A stretch of 64,000 nt of DNA from an uncultured Gemmatimonadales bacterium (GTDB lineage Bacteria > Gemmatimonadota > Gemmatimonadetes > Gemmatimonadales > GWC2-71-9). Of the stretch, positions 55,123 to 62,558 are shown one piece after another. A model generated the notes under the pieces. The model had not been told where the DNA came from. It saw only the letters and a list, made by a program, of their open reading frames with translations, and searched no databases. Numbering within the stretch: position 1 is the stretch's first letter; each line of letters opens with the position of its first letter. The position numbers and the translations under genes were made by a program. The stretch covers positions 952,417-1,016,416 of the forward strand of contig CAWHFW010000005.1 in the NCBI GenBank assembly GCA_963828735.1, written 5' to 3'.

Positions 55123-55359
55123 GTCGTCGCACCTGGTCGGATTCATGCAGAGGTTCCTCGGGAGGTCTGTGCGAGGCGAACAGCTCGAGGATGTTGAACG
55201 GGGTGACGTGCAGGAGCCGACGGCCCGATCATTCCCGAGCTTCTTTCGGACACCGATCGCCGATGATGATCAGCGGTCCGTAAGTTGGCGCGGTCGCGAG
55301 GACGATGGCCTGCAGCTGACTTGCATTCCGTTAGGCCGCGAGGCTATGTGTCGCTGAAG

Positions 55360-55722
55360 ATGAAGTTAGACCACACGCTGCTCGCTCTGGCGGTTCTCAT
55401 GCTCTTTGCCCTGGCGTGTGTGGGGATTAAGGGCGGGATCGATCAGTGGCCGGCATTGCAATCCCTTAGCCAGAAGGTCCAGAGCGGTGCCCAGCTCGGC
55501 TACGGGGTTTTCTCTATACTTGCGGTAGCATCAGGGGCCACCCATGCACGTCGAGCTCGGGTCATTCAGGGGTGTTGGCTCGCGTGCCTCACGACCGCAG
55601 GCGGCTTAGCGCCTAAGGTATGGGGCGGGTTGGGTTGGGGATCTGTACCGGTTGCGGCGGTCGTCACCCTCGCCATCGGCTTCAGCATACTGTGGTTGTT
55701 GCGCCGTGGACTTGCGGCCTAA
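55360..55722 (+). CDS. Small polytopic membrane protein
   Basis: 120 aa with about four hydrophobic segments. Lower-GC region. No family recognised. Confidence 0.5.
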   Translation: MKLDHTLLALAVLMLFALACVGIKGGIDQWPALQSLSQKVQSGAQLGYGVFSILAVASGATHARRARVIQGCWLACLTTAGGLAPKVWGGLGWGSVPVAAVVTLAIGFSILWLLRRGLAA

Positions 55723-55779
55723 CAGCGCACGGGAGGCCTGGCGCGGCGCATCTCGTCCCTGGCGCGGCGGGTCTGGCCT

Positions 55780-55812
55780 GATTCGCGCCACGCGGATCCG
55801 GCGGCGCGAATC
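55780..55812. terminator. Hairpin between convergent genes
   Basis: GATTCGCGCC-(13 nt)-GGCGCGAATC, a 10-bp perfect stem. Confidence 0.4.
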
Positions 55813-55841
55813 GCGACCGTGGGGCTGGGACCAAGTCGCGG

Positions 55842-56345
55842 CTAGGCGAACGGGTTCTCGTCCGCACTCGGTCCATAGATGGAGGGGATCGGAACGCCCA
55901 GTTCTCGCAGGTACACCGTCAGCTGCCCGCGATGATGGTACCAGTGGTTGAGCATGACCGACCGCAGCATCGCTGCCCGCGTCGTGGCGAAGAGCTCCCG
56001 TTCGCCGTTCGTCAGTCGCCACGTCGCCGTCAGCGCTCCGTCGTCCATACCGCCGAGCACCTGCTTCGCCGTCGCGATGCTCTGGTCGAGCGCGGGCATG
56101 AGCTCCAAGCTGCTCGCCGGGCTGGGGTCTTGCCCAACCTGGGGCGCTCGAGCCGGCGATGCCGAGGCAACGAGCTGGGCGACTCCGCCGGGCACGATCG
56201 CGACATGCAGTGCAAGCTCGCCCAGCGTCCTCGCCTTTTCGTGTGGCCGCCACTCCAGCCGGTCGTCCGGGACTCGTTCGAGGACTCGGCGCGTCGTCAC
56301 CGCTTCATCCTCCAGCTCCCGCAGCATGCCGTCGATCAGTGCCAT
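55842..56345 (-). CDS. DinB-family (DinB_2/YfiT-like) protein
   Basis: 167 aa. Four-helix pattern with LGELALHV...HWYHHRGQLTVYLR. Confidence 0.8.
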   Translation of the reverse strand: MALIDGMLRELEDEAVTTRRVLERVPDDRLEWRPHEKARTLGELALHVAIVPGGVAQLVASASPARAPQVGQDPSPASSLELMPALDQSIATAKQVLGGMDDGALTATWRLTNGERELFATTRAAMLRSVMLNHWYHHRGQLTVYLRELGVPIPSIYGPSADENPFA

Positions 56346-56377
56346 TCAGCTACCCTCCGTCCTCAGTGCACATCGGG

Positions 56378-56827
56378 TTACGGCTTCTCCACCCGGCGCC
56401 GAATCCGGTCGACCAGGAGCGGCCAGCCCTGCGACAGCGCCTCACGATAGCCGTCGGGAAACAGGCCCAGCGCCGTGTGACGGAGCGCGATCCAAGTCCC
56501 GCCGTCGGTCTCCTTGAGCCGGTACTGCAGATTCGACGACACGGCGAACGACATCATCAGCGGTCCCGTGATCTCGAGCAGCGTGGGTCGCTTGATCGCC
56601 TGCACGTGACCCCACAAGTGCCCATTGCCGTCACCGAGGTCGCGGAACCAACGGCCGCCGGGCCAGGGCTCGAGCGTCATCGGCATGGGTGTGCCGTTGT
56701 GTCCTTCGTTCGAGGGGCCCATCTCCTCGAGCAGCGCCGCAAAGGTCGCGGCGAGGGGCGCGCGAACGTGGGTCTCCTCCGCAATGCTGAGCGAGAGGTT
56801 ATCGATTCCTGGGGCGATCGCGGTCAT
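56378..56827 (-). CDS. SRPBCC/AHSA1-family protein
   Basis: 149 aa. Overlaps the upstream ArsR gene end by 4 nt, which is the classic ArsR-AHSA1 pairing. Confidence 0.8.
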   Translation of the reverse strand: MTAIAPGIDNLSLSIAEETHVRAPLAATFAALLEEMGPSNEGHNGTPMPMTLEPWPGGRWFRDLGDGNGHLWGHVQAIKRPTLLEITGPLMMSFAVSSNLQYRLKETDGGTWIALRHTALGLFPDGYREALSQGWPLLVDRIRRRVEKP

Positions 56828-57186
56828 GGTTGTCTCCTCTGAGTGCCGTCCCCGTCACTCCGCTTCGATTGCTGCTCGGCGCGTTCCTTGACTCGGGTGA
56901 GCTGCTGGCGCCAGTAGCGCTCGAATCGGCTGGTCCATTCGTGGACCGGTTTGATTGCCTCTGCGTTGGTACGATAGAACGCCTGGCGGCCGTCGCGCCG
57001 CACCTCTACCAGGCCGACCTCCAGAAGCACCCGGAGGTGCTTGGAGACCGACGGTTGCGCCAGCCCCAGCGCCACGACGATGTCGCCGACGGGGCGCTCG
57101 GCGGGCGCGAGGAAGTCCAGGATGTCTCGCCGGCGGGGTTCGGCGACGGCGTTGAAGCTGTCGGAGGTCGTGGCGGCACGAGACAT
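56824..57186 (-). CDS. ArsR/SmtB-family transcriptional regulator
   Basis: AEPRRRDILDFL...VGDIVVALGLAQPSVSKHLRVLLEVGLV winged-helix signature. Confidence 0.9.
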   Translation of the reverse strand: MSRAATTSDSFNAVAEPRRRDILDFLAPAERPVGDIVVALGLAQPSVSKHLRVLLEVGLVEVRRDGRQAFYRTNAEAIKPVHEWTSRFERYWRQQLTRVKERAEQQSKRSDGDGTQRRQP

Positions 57187-57425
57187 GGGTCGAATTATAT
57201 GTCGATATGGGAATATGTCAATGGGCCAACTCGGGGCGAGGCCTCGTGGTGAAGCGAAGTAACCACTTCACGCCGAGTGGGCGGGTCGGTTACTGGACTC
57301 AGCGAGGGAGATGGGATCGCGCCGGCCTGGCAATAGACGCACGACGCTAGGTATTGGAAGCTGCGGGGCGGCCGAGCCAGCTGCCCGTGATCATCCCCGG
57401 GAACTCCCGGGGAGCGGCGCCAAGC

Positions 57426-58298
57426 TCAACACGAAGGATCGCCGTACTTGAGCTTCAGCGGCTGCCCCAGCTTCTCAGTCAATGCCTCGAGATCGGGCCT
57501 CCCCTCGGGAACCTTCTCGTGCCCCACGCCGCCGGGCTCGATCACCGCCCGCGCGGTCTTGGAGATTCCGAGAAGGATCTTCACTCGCCCGCGCATCACC
57601 TGCCACTGGTCGGGCGAAACGGCCATCAGGTTCCGCTTGAGGTCCGGCTTGCCCACCACCGCGAAGATCGCCGACAGGAAGCCGAGCGGCTTGACCGAGA
57701 TGCCGTCGATCTCGTCGTACAGCACCATGTCCGGGTACTCCACCAGCTTGAAGTGGATCACCCGGCTGTTGTGCACCTCCACGTGCGGCGCCGAGAGGGT
57801 GTCCTGGTAGGTGAACGAGGACGGCGCGTCGCCGGAGTCCGGCCAGGCGATGGTCACGTCGAGCGCGAGCAGCGGCGCGGGCCCCTCCACGACCTGCCGG
57901 AGCACGCCCGGCCCGTAGTCCAGGCTCACGTTCTGGTGGTGCTCGAAGCCCGATCTCGCCGCCTCCGACATCCCCGCATAGGTGACACCCGCGGTCTCCA
58001 TGTGGGCCGTGAACCAGTCAGACTGATCGATGAACAGCCGGGTGACCCCCGGCGCCTCCTGCATGCGCCGGTGCACCAGCTTGAGCAGCGCCTCTGTCCC
58101 GAACCGCATGGACGTGGTCGTGGCCGTGAGGTTGTAGTCGCCGTGGGTGGCCATGGCGTGGAGCATCTCGTCGCGCGTCGCCCGGTAGGGCTGGGCGCAG
58201 GCGGTGGATGCGCTCGCCGGCCGACGGAGGGAAGTGCCCGGCGCCGTGAGCAACGGTACGAGGATCGCCAGCAGGGCGAGTCGGCGGCGGCCTCGCAT
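57426..58298 (-). CDS. Secreted hypothetical protein, translationally coupled to the upstream kinase
   Basis: Trimmed to the ATG at 58298 (TGATG junction with the kinase stop). Leader MRGRRRLALLAILVPLLTAPG. Confidence 0.65.
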   Translation of the reverse strand: MRGRRRLALLAILVPLLTAPGTSLRRPASASTACAQPYRATRDEMLHAMATHGDYNLTATTTSMRFGTEALLKLVHRRMQEAPGVTRLFIDQSDWFTAHMETAGVTYAGMSEAARSGFEHHQNVSLDYGPGVLRQVVEGPAPLLALDVTIAWPDSGDAPSSFTYQDTLSAPHVEVHNSRVIHFKLVEYPDMVLYDEIDGISVKPLGFLSAIFAVVGKPDLKRNLMAVSPDQWQVMRGRVKILLGISKTARAVIEPGGVGHEKVPEGRPDLEALTEKLGQPLKLKYGDPSC

Positions 58299-59935
58299 CA
58301 GCGCGGCTCCGGAGCGCCGAGCGCGACCTCGACGCGCGTGGGCCACGAGGTCGGGAAATCGCTGGACGGAGGCGGCCGGGTGGAACCCAGGTTGGCCTCC
58401 CACCACGCCCGCGCGTCGGCCTGCGTCCAGGGCGACACATCCGCCTCCGCCAGCCGCCGGGACAGCTCTCCGGCGTCGGGTGGCCGGTCGCCCGGTTCCT
58501 TGGCCAGGCACGCGAGGATCACGTCCTCGAGCCGCGGCGGAATCGGGCTGCCCGAGCGGATCGAGGGCGGAATCGGCTCGGCCTTGAGGTGCCGGGCGAT
58601 CATCACGACGGCGCTCTCCGCCTCGAACACCCTCACCCCGGTGAGCAGGAAGTAGCCCACGCAGCCGAGCGCGTAGAGATCGAGCCGGCCGTCCAACGAA
58701 TCGCCGGTGAGCATTTCCGGCGCCATGTAGGCCGGCGTGCCCGGGGTGAGGCCGGGCGCGCTCAGAAAGGTCTGGGTGTGGCCCGTGCTCTCGTCGTGCT
58801 TGACCAACCCGAAGTCCAGCACCTTGACGAAGTCGTGCTCGAGGCCGAGCCGGCACAGGTGGATGTTGGCGGGCTTGATGTCGCGATGGACCAGCCCGTG
58901 GACGTGCGCCTCCTCGAGCGAGTCACAGGCCTGCCGCAGCAGGTGCACCACCCGGCCGGGAGTCTGCGGGCCGTAGCGGCGCACCAGGGTCTCGAGGTCG
59001 ATCCCGTCGAGCAGCTCCATGACCAGGTAGAACCGTCCGTCGGCGGTCACGCCGAAGTCGTAGAGCTGGATCGTGTGGGGCGACCGCAGGCTCGCCGCCG
59101 CCTCGGCCTCGCGCCGGAAGCGCTGCACGGCGAGCCGCGACATGCTCGCGCCGTCGTCCAGGGCGCCCTCCGGCCGGATTAGCTTGATGGCCGCCGGCCG
59201 CGCCAGCAGTCGATGATGCGCATGATACACCTCTCCCATGCCGCCCTGGCCGATCAGGTCGCCCAGCCGGTAGCTCCCCATCTCCCGTGCGCGACGAACC
59301 TGACGGCTCATCCTGGCGAGCACCTGAGACGGCACCACGGCGAGCACCGCGCACACGTAGTTGGCGAGGTAGGCCCACACCATCGCCCCCATCGGCGGAA
59401 GCGCCACGCCCCGAAGCCATGCGATGCCGAGGCCCACCGGGTCCATGCTCGCCGCCAGCAGCGAGCCGATCAGGATCTTTCTCGGGGGCCCCGGTACGAT
59501 CGACGGATGCAGCAGGACCAGGGCACAGATCCAGGAGAGGCGCCCCCCGAGGATCTGGGTGGGCTGCCACTGGTTGATGACGCCGAGGGCAAACGCCAGC
59601 ACCAGCTCGTAACCAAGGCTGAGGTCGACCAGCGTGCCCGGCTGCCTGCAGGAGGGTGCGAACTGGTACACCAGGAGGGAGACCAGGATGCAGGCCACCG
59701 CCAGCGCATCGGCGACCCGCGTCCAGGGCACTACCTGCGTCTCGCTCACGTGGAGTAAGGGGAGAATGAGGTGGTTGACGAGGATCGCAGTGAGCCAGAG
59801 GGCAACCCACACGATACACGCCACCCGCAACCGGCGGACGCTGTCGTCCAGCAGATCGCCTGAAACCGGGCTGACGAGTGGTGTCGCCATCGCGCCCGAG
59901 GTCTGCAACTCGGGCTGGACCAGCGGAGTGGTCAT
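58298..59935 (-). CDS. Ser/Thr protein kinase with N-terminal polytopic membrane domain
   Basis: Trimmed to the ATG at 59935. About six hydrophobic segments in the first ~240 aa. Then GQGGMGEVY, AIK, HRDIKPANI, DFGL and GTPAYMAPE. Confidence 0.85.
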   Translation of the reverse strand: MTTPLVQPELQTSGAMATPLVSPVSGDLLDDSVRRLRVACIVWVALWLTAILVNHLILPLLHVSETQVVPWTRVADALAVACILVSLLVYQFAPSCRQPGTLVDLSLGYELVLAFALGVINQWQPTQILGGRLSWICALVLLHPSIVPGPPRKILIGSLLAASMDPVGLGIAWLRGVALPPMGAMVWAYLANYVCAVLAVVPSQVLARMSRQVRRAREMGSYRLGDLIGQGGMGEVYHAHHRLLARPAAIKLIRPEGALDDGASMSRLAVQRFRREAEAAASLRSPHTIQLYDFGVTADGRFYLVMELLDGIDLETLVRRYGPQTPGRVVHLLRQACDSLEEAHVHGLVHRDIKPANIHLCRLGLEHDFVKVLDFGLVKHDESTGHTQTFLSAPGLTPGTPAYMAPEMLTGDSLDGRLDLYALGCVGYFLLTGVRVFEAESAVVMIARHLKAEPIPPSIRSGSPIPPRLEDVILACLAKEPGDRPPDAGELSRRLAEADVSPWTQADARAWWEANLGSTRPPPSSDFPTSWPTRVEVALGAPEPR

Positions 59936-60119
59936 GGCAAACGACCTGTTGGGGGGGCAAGACGAATCTGCCTCGCGGTCCACTCGTTGCCAAGCCCTGA
60001 GGTTGCGAGGTGAGTGCCCTATCCAGCCACGGACGTTGGAGACGAGATGTGAGTGTCTGAGCATGGCTGTGTCCTTCAGCGATCTAATTACCGGCCACTG
60101 AGACCCAGCCAGGCTTTAC

Positions 60120-60771
60120 TCACCGGTAGGTGACGCCGAGCAGGAGAGCAAGAAAGCCGGCTCCTCCCAGCGTATCGCCAGTCGGTCTCCCCGCCAGGTG
60201 AAAACGGGCGCCAGCAGAGAGGCCGAGTGGTCCCTCGCCGGGGTGAAACTCGACTCCAGTGCCCAGGTTGAGGCCTGGGGCCACGAAATCCTCATTGTCC
60301 TGGCGTAACGCATATACCCCTAGCCCGGCAAGGCCGTAGGGACGGAGCGATCCGTTAGGCGACCTTAGTCGCAGCATGGCTGCGAGGTGCCAAGCCGACT
60401 GGTCATAGTCAAATGTGCCGAGACCCTTCACCACCTCGCTCGAGTTCCGGGTGATCGTAGGGCGGCCTACCCCTGCTGGAGCTCTCGTGGTGATCGTACC
60501 CGACTTCCGCGCCAAATCCGAGCTTCCCTCCGCCACCACGGAAGACACTGAGCGCCAGGGCGACTGAGCCGTGGCTAAAGTCACTATTATCGACTCCGGT
60601 GGCGTAGCCGCCGGAGAGGGCACTGGACCACGAGCTCTGTGCCGGGACCGATTCAGAGAACGTTGCCGCTTGGTGCCCGGGGCCTGCGGCTGGTGTCGAA
60701 GCCTGCGCGCCAGCGCCTCCCGCTGTTGCTGCTAGAACCAGGATGAGCGTGGCCACGGAGCTGAAGCGCAT
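60120..60771 (-). pseudogene. Outer-membrane beta-barrel protein (OmpW/porin-like small barrel) with a +1 frameshift or assembly indel
   Basis: The signal peptide and first strands (MRFSSVATLILVLAATAGGAGAQA...KLGFGAEVGY) are in the frame of 60409..60855. The remaining strands (...FDYDQSAWHLAAMLRLR...GFLALLLGVTYR) are in the frame of 60120..60623. Confidence 0.6.
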
Positions 60772-61008
60772 GGGACTCTCCTCAACCGATGGGGACCACT
60801 TCGGGGGCACATTGCGGGTGTTGTCGCTCGCCATCGCTTCCTGGTGGGGGCTCAAGTTCGACCGCCGGCGGCCCGGCGAACTCGTGCTCGTGAAGCCGCG
60901 CGTGGCCCGCGAGCCGAGGACACCCTAGGCGTCGCCGCCGCAATCGCCGGGCGTTTGACAACCACGGTTGTCACGCACTCACACCGAGCTACGAGCGGTT
61001 ACAGTTGT

Positions 61009-61377
61009 TCAATCGGGGTTGTAGCCGTTGATGTAGACGAGAGCGGCGATTCCCGCCATCCCAATCACTGCGCCGGACACCAGCAAAACGGTATTCGTGG
61101 TCTTGGGCTGCTTGGTAGCGACCTCTTTTACATCTGTCAGGGCAAAGATGGCTGGCGCATCGCCCTGGCGGCCACTCACGCTGTCGCCTGTCACCGTTGG
61201 ATGGGTCAAGTAGACGTGCCCCTGCTGCTCGGTCGTGAGCCGAACGGTCTTCGTGGCGTGTGGGGGATCGGCGAGGGTTTGCGCTGGCGTGGCCGACTGC
61301 ACCTGCCAGCCGGTGCACGCCCCAACGTATGCCACGAGAACGAGCAGCGACGCTGCGCGGAAGGCGGGATGACGCAT
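61009..61377 (-). CDS. Small lipoprotein, paralogue C
   Basis: ATG at 61377 behind GGAGGAG. LLVLVAYVGACTGW leader, KTVRLTTEQQGHVYLTHPTVTGDSVSG core, LLVSGAVIGMAGIAALVY tail. Confidence 0.7.
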   Translation of the reverse strand: MRHPAFRAASLLVLVAYVGACTGWQVQSATPAQTLADPPHATKTVRLTTEQQGHVYLTHPTVTGDSVSGRQGDAPAIFALTDVKEVATKQPKTTNTVLLVSGAVIGMAGIAALVYINGYNPD

Positions 61378-61428
61378 GGCTCCTCCAATCGAGGGTAACA
61401 CGAAGCAGGGAGCGGGCGCTCCGCCGTG

Positions 61429-62121
61429 TTAGCGAGTCCGCTCCACAATGAGCTGCCCGCTCCTGGCGCGAACGACTTGCGCAAAGTCTGATTCATTGGG
61501 CGTGAGGTTCTCACCCTCGACGACCACCGTGCCCGTCGCCGCCGCCTCGCGGAAAGCACCCTTGAACCAGGTGGTCTCCATCTGACCGGGCACCCTGAAC
61601 CGTTCGCGCTGCGACGTGGAAAAGAGCTCACCCGACCCTGTCCAGGTGAGCTCCACCTCTACTAGCACCTCCGCGTTGCGGATGAAGTCGACCGTCGGGA
61701 TCATTGCCCGCACGCGAGCCTCGTTGAGGCTGTTGTCGGCATCGAAGGCCGCATCGTCGGTCTGGCCGAAGGCGCTCCGCAAGGTCTCGAACGTGCAATA
61801 GTTGAACTGGAACAACGAGACCTCGGCCAGCGGTCCGTCGACCGGCTTGCCGGGGCCCTGTTTCACTGCCTGCTCGGCACTGAAGACGTGCACGTCGGTC
61901 TCCACGCACCCCGACGGATCGATGGCGAAGAAGCCGGCTTCCGCGCTCATCCCCCTGTACTGGACGCGGCTCCGCGTCGGGGAGGCGGTCCTCGCCAGTA
62001 CAGGGCGAGCGGCCTCCAACGGGGCCACGGCGCTCGGCGCGCCAGGAGGGGCGGTGTCATCGCTGCAGCCGAGCGTACCCAATAGCAGCGCGCTCGCGGT
62101 GGAGAGTGATCGTGCGTACAT
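61429..62121 (-). CDS. Lipoprotein, function unknown
   Basis: Trimmed to the ATG at 62121. Leader MYARSLSTASALLLGTLGCSDD. Confidence 0.7.
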   Translation of the reverse strand: MYARSLSTASALLLGTLGCSDDTAPPGAPSAVAPLEAARPVLARTASPTRSRVQYRGMSAEAGFFAIDPSGCVETDVHVFSAEQAVKQGPGKPVDGPLAEVSLFQFNYCTFETLRSAFGQTDDAAFDADNSLNEARVRAMIPTVDFIRNAEVLVEVELTWTGSGELFSTSQRERFRVPGQMETTWFKGAFREAAATGTVVVEGENLTPNESDFAQVVRARSGQLIVERTR

Positions 62122-62141
62122 AGAGCACTCCGTTCGGTGGA

Positions 62142-62258
62142 CTACGAGTGGTGACGGTGTAAGGAGGGTGCGTCCGCCGCCGACTGGACCGTCCAGCCCC
62201 TGCACGTGCTCAGCCTGCCCACAGCGAGCACGAGCACTATCGTCTCAGACTTGATCAT
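62142..62258 (-). pseudogene. 5' fragment of a paralogue-B-like lipoprotein gene (38 codons)
   Basis: MIKSETIVLVLAVGRLSTCRGWTVQSAADAPSLHRHHS* compared with paralogue B MIKSETMVLLLAVGWLSACTSWTIQSASPQQV... The fragment diverges after ~27 codons and stops. Confidence 0.55.
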
Positions 62259-62331
62259 GGGGTAGCTCCCGTCCGTCTCGGAGAAAGGATCGGGATCCCA
62301 CCCGGGCATATGGATCATCGGAGCCAGGCGT
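62179..62331 (-). repeat. Inverted-repeat arm R
   Basis: See 54661..54812. Confidence 0.8.
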
Positions 62332-62558
62332 TACCTAGCCGTCCCCTGGCCATTGCGCTGGCGAGACGCCACTGCGCGGGCAGGCACGCCCGGAAGCTCG
62401 GCCACCAGTGTCGCCGCGGTTGGGCAATCGGCCGACAGCCCACGGCGCTGGTACGTCTCCCAATGCCTCGCGCCGCGCTCCCTGCTGCTCCTAGCGCTCG
62501 GCCGCTAGAGCGAGGCGCCAAGCCTTGCCAAACCGACCTCCATAGGCAGATTGCCCGG

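Noticed and set aside
55141-55330. Possible PIN/VapC-like C-terminal remnant on the minus strand (QAIVLATAPTYGPLIIIGDR...GRRLLHVTPF with an in-frame TGA)
   Set aside because: The resemblance rests on memory of a short motif only. There is no N-terminal half, since that region is occupied by a plus-strand gene, and no antitoxin partner. This is too weak to call without a profile search.
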